Source: Andalucia godoyi And28 (taxonomy: Eukaryota; Protista; Jakobida). Taken from it: DNA of 64,000 nucleotides. The position numbers were made by a program, and so were the translations under genes. Below are positions 52,444-61,637 of the stretch, piece by piece. Within the stretch, counting starts at the first letter, position 1, and each line of letters starts with the position of its first letter. Location of the stretch: positions 190,284 to 254,283 of the forward strand of contig VRVR01000039.1 of assembly GCA_009859145.1 (NCBI GenBank), given 5' to 3'. Below the pieces are notes generated by a model. That model had not been told where the DNA came from. It did not search any database and saw only the letters and a program-made list of their open reading frames with translations.

Positions 52444-54285
52444 TTACTTCCGGGCGCGCTTGCGAGGAACAGGTTCTTCCTCTGCCTGTCGCAGGATTTC
52501 TTCATCTCCCGAATTGTCATCGACGACCTCTTCGTCTGTGTCTGCATTCGACCCTTCAAAGTCGTCGTCGTCGTCGTCGTCCTCCTCCTCGTCTTCCGCA
52601 GGACGCAGAGTCTTGACAGGCTTCTTGGACTTGCTCGACGACGATTCGGGCTCTGGTCTCTTCCGACTGAACTCCTCTTTCGCGCTCTTGCTGCCGCTGA
52701 CCATCTTCGCCGGTGCCTTTGTCTTTTCCTCTCTTGGTTTAGACGTAGGCTTCTTCTTTGGCGCCTTCTCCTCCTCTGCGTCTGCGTCTTCGTCGTCGGG
52801 CTGCTCTGCCTCGCCCTTGTCGCTATCCTCATCAGCGGATCCAGCAAAGTCCTCGTCGTCCTCTTCGTCGTCGTCGTCCTCCTCTTCCCCAAGATCAAAG
52901 TCCTCCACAGCCGCTTCATCGCCAGCCTGCGCAACAGCGTCCTCGACTTCCACCTGCTTCTCGCGGAAAAACTTGACAAGCGCGTCCTTCAGCTCCGGAC
53001 TGATTTGCGAAAACTGCAAGGATGCTCTCTTGTCCAGGATAAACGTAATGTCAAATGACGACCGACCCACGCGCTGGATTTTGATGAGAGAGATTTCCTT
53101 GTGGTATGCAAACTGAGGCTTCGGAACAAACAAGATTGAGCGATCAAGGGGAAACAAGAATCCTCTGTCATGCTTGTGCGCGCACGCAACACAGGTTGTC
53201 TTTGCATAGTCCTGGAACGAACCGGAACCAATGACCTTGTGTTTCGACAACCCTTTAATGACAGACACGAAAACCTCCCATAGTGCACCGACCATGTTCT
53301 CCTGCAGTCTCGAATCCGGATACTCGCGCTTGATCTCATCCTCCGTGATGTTCAGCGGAAACGGACTTGTCTCGTTGAACATGTCGTCGCGATCAAACTC
53401 CGCCACCAAAATGTTGTATGCAGACTTTCCTTGGCGCAGAGGAGGCTGGATGACCATGACAAAGTACATTGCCTTTGCATCCTCCTCATCAGGGCCGATG
53501 CAGAACATCTTTTGAATCATCTCAAAGTCCACGCGATGCGAATGGGACTTTCCAATGAGACGCATGAAACCCTTTCCGAAATCGATCTTGAAGTTGGAGC
53601 GCGGATGGTGGAACTTGACATCGTCAAACGAGCAGATGATGTCCTTGTTGTCCACAATCTCAGCTCGATCCACAACAACGCGCTGGAACTCATCCGGTCC
53701 TTCTGCGGGATCCTCGCCGTCCTTCAGCGAGACCTTGGCAGCAAGCGGAATATTGAATCGAATCTCGCTCAGCACGTGATCCGACGCATTAAACGCCTCT
53801 TTCGACAAGCCGTTCTTGGAGCCAGGCTTGTTGAATTCAAGCGAAACCTCCGACTTCCCCTGAACAATCGCGCCTGAGATCTCGCCCAGCGGAACAGAGA
53901 GCAACAGTTTCTCGTCAGACCCCGTTACCACAATCTCGGTGCCCGGAATCGAGACAGTTCCCCAGTTGCGGCCCGTCACAGACAGTTCCACGTTTTCGAC
54001 TTGCACATTGAACTTTTCCCGGATCCAGCTCGAGATGTTCTCACGGTCCTTTTCCAGCAGACCTTGGAACCGAACGATTCCTCCAGCCTTGATGCGGCAT
54101 CCAATCTCGTAGAGAAGAGACGAGCGCGACCACGTCACAGACCGCAGATCCTGCTTGAACACCGCCACCTGGTTGTCCTTCTTCTTGGAGTCCCACTGAA
54201 TCCGGTCGTCAAACAGCGACAACAGTCCTTCAGGCATCCTTCCGCCAGCACTCAACAGAGTCGCGCGATACTGCAAATTCGCCAT
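52444..54285 (-). CDS. SSRP1: FACT complex subunit SSRP1/Pob3
   Basis: LSVTGRNWG, QGKSEVSLEF, VLSEIRF, HPRSNFKID, PPLRQGKSAY, GFLFPLDRS, RSSFD, acidic/basic tail; no HMG box. Confidence 0.96.
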   Translation of the reverse strand: MANLQYRATLLSAGGRMPEGLLSLFDDRIQWDSKKKDNQVAVFKQDLRSVTWSRSSLLYEIGCRIKAGGIVRFQGLLEKDRENISSWIREKFNVQVENVELSVTGRNWGTVSIPGTEIVVTGSDEKLLLSVPLGEISGAIVQGKSEVSLEFNKPGSKNGLSKEAFNASDHVLSEIRFNIPLAAKVSLKDGEDPAEGPDEFQRVVVDRAEIVDNKDIICSFDDVKFHHPRSNFKIDFGKGFMRLIGKSHSHRVDFEMIQKMFCIGPDEEDAKAMYFVMVIQPPLRQGKSAYNILVAEFDRDDMFNETSPFPLNITEDEIKREYPDSRLQENMVGALWEVFVSVIKGLSKHKVIGSGSFQDYAKTTCVACAHKHDRGFLFPLDRSILFVPKPQFAYHKEISLIKIQRVGRSSFDITFILDKRASLQFSQISPELKDALVKFFREKQVEVEDAVAQAGDEAAVEDFDLGEEEDDDDEEDDEDFAGSADEDSDKGEAEQPDDEDADAEEEKAPKKKPTSKPREEKTKAPAKMVSGSKSAKEEFSRKRPEPESSSSKSKKPVKTLRPAEDEEEDDDDDDDFEGSNADTDEEVVDDNSGDEEILRQAEEEPVPRKRARK

Positions 54286-54672
54286 TCTTTATTTTTCTTC
54301 TTCTTCTTCTCCCACTCCTCCCTCTTGTCGCTCAGCCCAGTCGCTGTCAATCCAAAAAATGTCAATCACGGCAAACAAAGTGGAGATAGATGAGAAAAAA
54401 ATTAAACTAGATTTAAATAAAATAAAAAAAACGTGAAGAAAACGAAAAAGTAAAATAACAATAATAAATGAGAGACGAAAAGCAGCAGAAAGAGTAAGGC
54501 TCAAATCTGTCTTTTCGTGAAATGAATTGGCGCCAAAGAGCGGGTGAAGGGCTCAGTGTTGCACTACGAGCGGCGGTTTTCTCTTCGAGTCTAGTATTGC
54601 GCTCATTTTATCGACATCCACCGTGGTCGGCGTCTACCGGGGGGGACATGCATGCATGAAACAAGCAGGGGG

Positions 54673-55971
54673 CTATGCAGAAGAGAGGCTTTCCATCTGC
54701 GCACGCAAGTCGTCCAAAGACAGGTCTTCCGAGATTTGGACGGTGGACGAAACATCAGCCAAAGACTCGGCAGCAGACGTGTCAACAACCTCCAACCCCC
54801 AGTCGTTGTCGTCGTGCACGACACCTTCCTGCTTCCTACTTCGGTTTCTCTCTTCTTCTTCTTGCTGCTGTTCGTCATCTGCAAGACCCTGTGCCCTGCG
54901 AACCCGTACCTTCTCAAGGTACTCTTCCTGACGTTTCCTGCACCACCCAAACACACATGTCGGGTTCGGCTTGAGCGAAAACCGCGGGAAGAAATCGGTC
55001 ATTGCCGAGTATCCAAGATAGTCAGACACTTGTCCAAAGTGAAGCATGTACTTGAGAGCGTTTTGCACAAGAAGGCCAGCCACCGTTCCCATGGTCGTCG
55101 GCAGCGAGGCTGCGCACACACCATCTCGCTTGAGCTCCTTGCGCTCGTCTCCCTCTGCAGCAACAATCAGCGGCGGCGCACACTCGAAGCACGCAAGCTT
55201 CCCAGGAATCATAAGCTGGATATGGCCCGAAACTGCATCTTCGGACACCCCGCTTTCCATCCACACTTGCTGCAACTCGCCGCACACTCGGTTAATGGTT
55301 ACGCGTGCTTCATAGTTGTCTACACATGCAAGAACGAGCGTCACCGCCGTTGGGCTTGCAGCTCCGCACTCAGAGTTTTCCTCCTTTTTCCCTTGCTCCT
55401 GCTGCTGCTTGGGAATGCCGCCAGTCTTGATTGCATGCAGGAAGAGGTCGTAGTTCGAGACGGTTGCAATGTTGCAGTGGAAAGGCTCGATCTGCACATC
55501 GGGGTTAATGGCTGCCAAGGTAACGGCTGCAGCATCGACCTTGGACATTCCCTGGTGCTCTGGTCTGAAAAATAGCCTGTTCATATTTGCGATTTCCACA
55601 GTGTCGTAGTCGAACAGAAGAAGCTTCCCCACACCGCATCGCGTCAGCATCTCGGCAGCAACAGACCCAACTCCACCGACACCAACAATCGCAACCGAAC
55701 ATTCGCGAATGTGCTCATAATCTTCCACAACACCCATGCGTTTCAACGCAAGCAATCTCGAATACGGATTATCGCTGCGGACTTCAGAGCTCCACTTTTC
55801 AATCCGACCGCGCACATACTTGCATCCTTCCTCCTCCTTTTCTCCTTCATTCCTGTTCCGCCGATCTCTCGCATCCACCATCTTTTCCAGCTCGGAAATG
55901 CGCTGCTTCAGCCGTCGAAGTTCCGCAAGATGCTCTTCTTCTTCCATGTTTGCAGTTGCCGCGCTCTCCAC
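54673..55971 (-). CDS. UBA5: UFM1-activating enzyme UBA5
   Basis: [82 protein letters not shown]. Confidence 0.98.
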   Translation of the reverse strand: MESAATANMEEEEHLAELRRLKQRISELEKMVDARDRRNRNEGEKEEEGCKYVRGRIEKWSSEVRSDNPYSRLLALKRMGVVEDYEHIRECSVAIVGVGGVGSVAAEMLTRCGVGKLLLFDYDTVEIANMNRLFFRPEHQGMSKVDAAAVTLAAINPDVQIEPFHCNIATVSNYDLFLHAIKTGGIPKQQQEQGKKEENSECGAASPTAVTLVLACVDNYEARVTINRVCGELQQVWMESGVSEDAVSGHIQLMIPGKLACFECAPPLIVAAEGDERKELKRDGVCAASLPTTMGTVAGLLVQNALKYMLHFGQVSDYLGYSAMTDFFPRFSLKPNPTCVFGWCRKRQEEYLEKVRVRRAQGLADDEQQQEEEERNRSRKQEGVVHDDNDWGLEVVDTSAAESLADVSSTVQISEDLSLDDLRAQMESLSSA

Positions 55972-56289
55972 TCCCTCTAGCCCTTCCTTTCTTCCTTTTT
56001 GGTTTTGTCCCTCCGTCCCTCAAAACTCACCAGCAAGAACGTGCAAAGAGAAACTCCAAGTCTCAAAAAAAGAAAAAAGAAAAAAGAAAGAAAGAAAAAA
56101 GGCAAGCTCAAAGGTGACAACAAGCAACACATGCATGAACGTACGTACAAACAACAAGCAAACGAAGCGAGAATCCGGACTGCTCGCTTAGCAACCTTTG
56201 GTTCGAGGCTGTTTAGGTTGAATAGCCGGTTTCACGTTTCCTTTTCTTTTTCCCACGCGATGCCAATGTACATGACCCCCTGCCACGCT

Positions 56290-56655
56290 AGGCAAGACGC
56301 ATGGCATTTCCGCCGCAATCTAGCGACGGAGATGCATAGCAAGCTTGCAAAATGGCTGTGTGAGGGCGTATGACTGCATTCTACTTTCGAAATTCGCCCC
56401 CGTCTCGTATGGTGCGGAGGGAGCCGGCAGCAGGGAAGAAACGCCGCATTGGAAGGTGTTTGCATGTCCACAGTGTGCATGCCGGATTGATCGCAATTAG
56501 AATGATGCGCGCAACGTTTATCTTTAGAAAACACCTGCAAGACGCCTTGGGGGCCTACCTCCCTTCCCGTCCATGGCGACATGACCCGGGTTGCATCATT
56601 TGATTACGGCATGACTAGCGATGGTCATGCATACTCGGTGTACAATGTTAGCGAA
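56290..56655 (+). mobile_element. Decayed TnpB/Fanzor2-type element, copy A (internal deletion, frameshifts and stops), with putative omegaRNA/right end
   Basis: Across frames reads RNLATEMHSKLAKWLCE / YDCILLSKF / SRMVRREPAAGKKRRIG, then jumps to KVFACPQCACRIDRN*NDARNVYL (zinc finger plus RuvC-III, cf. DRDxNGARNI). The conserved non-coding tail follows. Confidence 0.8.
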
Positions 56656-57119
56656 CCAATGCATGCATCCAAGATGTGAAGAAGATGAGCTGCTGCAATC
56701 GATTCAGCATTCAAAAATGAACGTTGGAGGAAACAGAATGTAGTCGGCGAACGACGACGCGCCTGACGACGCTTTTGCATCTGATCCTTGTTGTTCTCTG
56801 ACCTGAAAGCGCATTCCGACGAGAGGGGATTAACGGGTTTCTTGGTTCTCGGTATCTTCGGGCATGGTCGGTTTGAATTTGCTAGGAAGAACCCTCTTTG
56901 GAGCCATGGGATGTTTTGTCTCTGACGAGGAGGTGCTGCTTGACGGTTCGATGATAGAAAACACAAACAACAGAAAATAATGGAAAGAGAAAAACGCGAA
57001 GAATGAAAAAAATGCTAGACTGATCAACAAAACGGTCAACCGCTGAACAATAACACGTCATTCTCATGCATACGCATTTTCGACACTCTTTAACGCAACA
57101 TCCGTAGCCACCTATCATT

Positions 57120-57440
57120 CATTCAGCGCACTGCCAAGAGGCGAACTTCCAAGACACGATCTCGTATCTCCAGGTGCATCAATCGCGCTACAACTGAGGA
57201 CACGAAAGCGCCTGCTGCTAGGGCCGTCAGAATCAAAATGCACCCTTCTCAGGAACCACGTGTCACGCTGAGAAAGTGGCTCACAGATTGATCGAGATTG
57301 GGAACGGAGCGCGGAACATCTATCTGAAGAGCGCCGTGAGGTGTGTTGGGGCCCTATCCCTTCCCGGCGACAGGATGCAAGATTGAATATGCATGTCTAT
57401 TCGTAGACATGCATGTTCAGTGCATAATGTAGGCGTACAA
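57120..57440 (+). mobile_element. Decayed TnpB/Fanzor2-type element, copy B (N-terminus fused to the C-terminal end), with putative omegaRNA/right end
   Basis: RAVRIKMHPSQEPRVTLRKWL (57220-57282) resembles the TnpB N-terminal K-I-R-I-Y-P-T-x-E-Q...K-W motif. It abuts IDRDW/NGARNIYLKS (from 57287, with a 1-nt frameshift) and the conserved tail. Confidence 0.8.
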
Positions 57441-57760
57441 CAGGGAAGACTTTCACGACATTTTACTAAAGAACCTTTTTTTTGTTTTTTCTCCTTATTA
57501 TGCTGAATTTTTTCACATCGATTTTTTTTTCCTGCACATTTCATTCCAAATGGTCTCTCTTCATACAAGATAAGCTTCCAGCCAGCCCCGGCAAGTGACA
57601 GCACCCCACGCACAAAAAAACATAATAAACAGTATAAAGTAAAATAAAAAGAAGAAAGAAGAAAGAAGAGAAAAAGACAAGCCAAACTGGTGCGAGAGAT
57701 CGAGGGGTTCACTTTGGAATACTTACAGGTACTTACCGTTCCTTACTTACGGGAGCTTGG

Positions 57761-58204
57761 TTAGAAGCCGCGTCCGTAGACTGGAGCAGGTGCGCCCTGC
57801 TGGGGGTGCTGCTGCTGGTGATAATGAGGCTGCTGTGCGACTTGACCGACGGCTCTGTTGACCTTTCTTGTCGTGACTTCTCTGCGCATTTGGCAAGTAG
57901 TGCAGAAGAAGCAGCAGATGGCAGCGCAAAAGTCTCCGCAGCCCGATCCTTCGATTCCAAACGCATTGCGGACCGCGGTTCTTGCGGCGCACGTTGCACA
58001 GCATGGACAGATCAGATCAAAGAGACAACACAGACAGCACGATTGGTCGTCCACGTCGCGCCGAATCGTCCCGAGCTGGATGCAAGGGCAGCAAAGCCCC
58101 ATGATGCACGACCCAAAGTCCTCAAAGCACGAACATGTGCCTGAATCCCAGCCGCCAAGCGCTGACTTTCCAACAGTGTTTGCAGGTGCAGGTTGACCGT
58201 ACAT
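57761..58204 (-). CDS. PLAC8 domain protein, divergent copy 3
   Basis: WDSGTCSCFEDFGSCIMGLCCPCIQLG...RTAVRNAFGIEGSGCGDFCAAICCFFCTTCQMRREV. Confidence 0.93.
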   Translation of the reverse strand: MYGQPAPANTVGKSALGGWDSGTCSCFEDFGSCIMGLCCPCIQLGTIRRDVDDQSCCLCCLFDLICPCCATCAARTAVRNAFGIEGSGCGDFCAAICCFFCTTCQMRREVTTRKVNRAVGQVAQQPHYHQQQHPQQGAPAPVYGRGF

Positions 58205-58623
58205 TTTCCTCCTTCTTCTTCTTTGCCCCCCTTTAAAAACAAAAACAAAAACAAACTACAAGTCCGTTAGAAAACCAAAGAAAGAAAAAAAAAGAAATTA
58301 CAGAGAAAAAGAAAAAGAAAAAGAAAAAGAAAAAAGAAAAGAAAAAAAAACCGAAATGACAATAACGAGGCAAAAGAGAGAGTAAAAGCGAAGGAGAAGA
58401 ACGCAAAAGGCGTGTGGGAAGATGAAAGAGAACAGCTGAACGAGATTACAAATCGATTAGGATTTTAGGATTCAGACCGGGCAGAAGAGGCAAAGGTGGA
58501 TCAACGTCGAATAGCCGAATCCCTCTTTTTCTTTTGGGTGGAAAAGGGGATTGGATTGTAGATTGTGGTTGCTGCGGTTTTGCCGCAATCAATTGATACT
58601 AGAGACAGGGAAATATTTTACTT

Positions 58624-59350
58624 TTGAGCGCCTACAGTGTACACTATCCACGGCTAATCATCGCTGATCACCCATAATCCATGTTGCAACCCAACAACAT
58701 GCATAGCATGATTGGGAAGGGGGGCAGGCCCCAACACGCCCCCTCGGCATGAGAGACGCTCTTAAGAGAGATGTTGCGCGCGCCGTTCCAATCGCGGTCG
58801 AGCGTGCATTTGCACGATGGCCAACAAAACACACCTTGTTTCCACACACAACTTGCGATGCATGAGCAATTAAAATAAAGAAATGAAATGAGCGTCGCCG
58901 TGCGAGAATGCAACGCGGGGGCGTGTGTTATAGGGATTTCATGATCAAAAATGGGGAGAAACGAATCGGGCATCGTGTGACGGAGTTGCTTAAGATACCG
59001 TAACAAACGCATGCGCATGGCGCGTGGCAGTGTTTTTTTGTTTGCGTGCGCTTTAGATTGCTTCATCATATCGCAATAAGTGGCAGCGGCCTGTGTCTTC
59101 CGCAATCTGCAAAGAAATGGTACTGTTGCTGGTGGTGGTGTTGTTGTTGAAAAGAACAAAAAAGGGGGAGAAGAGAATCAAAAAACTTATATGTTGTACA
59201 CAAATGATGACGAGCCGAAACAGCGCAGGATTTCGCAACTGTTAGGAGGGGTGGTTCAACTGGATAACAGGTAAATACTGCGTGTACACCAGGAATCATC
59301 GTCGTCGTCTAGGTTTAACGGGAAATAGATGATACTCGTGTCGCTTCGAT
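58624..59350 (-). mobile_element. Decayed TnpB/Fanzor2-type element, copy C, with putative omegaRNA/right end
   Basis: D/PGVHAVFTCY (RuvC-I-like, cf. DPGVRTFxTxY, with a 1-nt slip), KKTLPRAMRMRLLRYLKQL...FLPIF, then GVFCWPSCKCTLDRDWNGARNISLK. The tail is homologous to those of copies A and B. Confidence 0.85.
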
Positions 59351-59680
59351 CGGAAGCAAAACAAGGGAGTGACTGACAACAGACTGATTTTGCATCCTCA
59401 ACATGATGATGATGATGATGATGATTGTCATCGTTGTTGTTGCGAATGCTGTCAGGCACAAAAGAAAGGAGAGGATCCCTGTGTGTGGAAATGCCATTCC
59501 AGAACAAATCTCGCAATCTGCTTCTTCTCATCAACAGCAGGAGAGTGCCAAAGAGATAGGGACAGCCAATCCACCGCTGCAGCTGAATGTGCAATAACGA
59601 TAGGCATTGGGAACGTGGAGGGAAAGCGAGAGACACGGCACACGGATTCGCGGGCGTGCCTTCAACGCGCGGATCAAAAG

Positions 59681-60040
59681 CTAGCTCGAATGCGAGGCCG
59701 ACAACGACGAGGAAGAGGACGACGCCGAGGACGAAGAAGAAGAAGAAGAGGCGGAATAAGAAGGATGATACTTCTGATTATCGAAAATGTCGCATTTCAC
59801 CTGGTCAAACAATGGATTCGTGTGCATAATCCAGTCAAAGAACGACTGGTCTTTCTCGGGCATTGTGACGATTGCATTCTGCCAGTAATCATGCAGTTCC
59901 TTCAGCCAATCCGGCTCCCCTTCTTCTATTTTCCCGTCTGCCGAAGACATACTACCATTCGTATCCATTTCCATTTCCATTTCCATTTCCATTTCGTCGT
60001 TCACCACCACCACCACCACCACCGCCACTTCCTCCGCCAC
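59681..60040 (-). CDS. Possible small hypothetical protein
   Basis: Non-repetitive core (PDWLKELHDYWQNAIVTMPEKDQSFFDWIMHTNPLFDQV) between simple-repeat-derived ends; may be one exon of a larger gene. Confidence 0.3.
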   Translation of the reverse strand: MAEEVAVVVVVVVNDEMEMEMEMEMDTNGSMSSADGKIEEGEPDWLKELHDYWQNAIVTMPEKDQSFFDWIMHTNPLFDQVKCDIFDNQKYHPSYSASSSSSSSSASSSSSSLSASHSS

Positions 60041-60437
60041 TACTTCTTTGTCTTATTCTTTAGCAATCCGGCAAACCGACAATGACACACACACACACGC
60101 AAACACACAAAACAAGAAGAAAACTCGCAGCGACTCAGTTCACGAATACCGAGAGTCGAGCAACTGTTTCGATGGAGTTTCTTTTTCTTTGTTTTTTTGG
60201 TTTCTTTGTTTTGGAAACCAGATGGCCGATAAGCGCTGCACCAACCATACGAAAGAGGAGGATAGAAGAAAGAGAAAAATGAAACAAACAAGAAAAAAGG
60301 CGTTGGAGCATTTTCCATTTCTTTTTTTTACAGTCGGAAAGGTTTTTTTACACTTCTTTTTCGGTCATTTCTGTTCTTCTTCTTCTTCTTTTACTGGGGG
60401 AAAAAAGCAGCCACGGGAATGTATGATGTCGCTGTTT

Positions 60438-61199
60438 CTAGAGGGATCCATTGTTCTTCTTGACGACGATGACGATGACGGCGACGAGTCCTCCGATGAG
60501 GATCACAGTACACAAAAACATGCTTCCCATTTTCGACTTGGAGAGAACGCGTTCCGTCTTTTTAGTGACTGCCTTCATTCGATTATTCGTTCGATCCATC
60601 AGCACCGTGGTTTCATCAAGCATTGTGTTTTGGATTCCAATCTCATCCGAGATTTGCTGCCCGACGGCCTTTTGCCTCTCAATGACCCTGGAAAGCGCAT
60701 CGAGATCATCGTCTTGTTGGCTCATCATCTTTTGCTGTTGCTGCAGCGTGTCCGAGACGGATCGGTCATCACCCTGACCAATCGCTGATGCTCCTCCTGC
60801 TCCCGCACCTGTACCTGCTTGCTGGTACCCGTTCCCCGTTGCATTTCCAAGAAGTGTGGTTCTCTGCATCGTCGTCTTTTTCCCGCCGCCTGTCGTGCTT
60901 CCAGACCCGAACTCCGACTGCACCGACTCGGCCTCCAGCTTCAATTGCGAAAGAAGTTCTCGCCGCCTCCGGACCTCGCCAGCCGTAACCTTGAATTCCG
61001 CAGGCGCCTTCTCGTGCGCTCCAAGATGCCCTTCGAGATCCGAAATCCCCTTCTCTACTCGCAACAGTCGACGACGTGCCACCGAGTGCTGTGTCGGCCC
61101 TCCATCCACAACCAGCGCCCGGATGTCAGAGCACTCTCGCATGAACCCCCGGTACCGCGTCATCCAACTTGCGCCATCAGGAACCCCACTTTCACTCAT
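60438..61199 (-). CDS. STX8: Qc-SNARE, syntaxin-8-like
   Basis: EVRRRRELLSQL; SNARE motif QQQKMMSQQDDDLDALSRVIERQKAVGQQISDEIGIQNTMLDE; C-terminal transmembrane helix. Confidence 0.8.
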   Translation of the reverse strand: MSESGVPDGASWMTRYRGFMRECSDIRALVVDGGPTQHSVARRRLLRVEKGISDLEGHLGAHEKAPAEFKVTAGEVRRRRELLSQLKLEAESVQSEFGSGSTTGGGKKTTMQRTTLLGNATGNGYQQAGTGAGAGGASAIGQGDDRSVSDTLQQQQKMMSQQDDDLDALSRVIERQKAVGQQISDEIGIQNTMLDETTVLMDRTNNRMKAVTKKTERVLSKSKMGSMFLCTVILIGGLVAVIVIVVKKNNGSL

Positions 61200-61517
61200 C
61201 TAAATCCTCTTTCCTTCTTTTCCCCCTTCTTTTCCTACCCCCTTTTCTTTTTAAATTTAAAACGCTCGTGGGAGAAAAAAACAACAACAAAAAACCACCA
61301 AAAGAACACCAAACCACAAAACACGCAGGCCGAAACAAGACGAAGAGAATAGGTAGAATTGCGGGGGACGAGAAGCCCAAAGAGCCCCAAAAATGAGAGA
61401 GCCACGCCCTCATGGAAAAGAAGGAAGGCGGAAAAACATCATGATAATTCCGTTAGTATCACGTGATGCTGGGGCTCATGCTGACGTCTTCGTTCTTTTC
61501 ATCTTTTCCCTCCATTG

Positions 61518-61520
<3 letters not shown>

Positions 61521-61561
<41 letters not shown>
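61521..61561. repeat. (CT)n(GT)n microsatellite upstream of the ADA3-like gene
   Basis: Seen directly in the sequence. Confidence 0.95.
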
Positions 61562-61562
<1 letters not shown>

Positions 61563-61637
61563 CAATATCTGTGGTTCTCTCTGTGCGGTTGGTTGGTTTT
61601 GACTCGGCGTGGTCCGTTGTTTGCGAGTCGAGCACAG

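Noticed and set aside
56680-57120. IS607 serine recombinase (TnpA) remnant next to the Fanzor copies
   Set aside because: No YARVS, DxxSG or DRLxR motif found in the frames I read.
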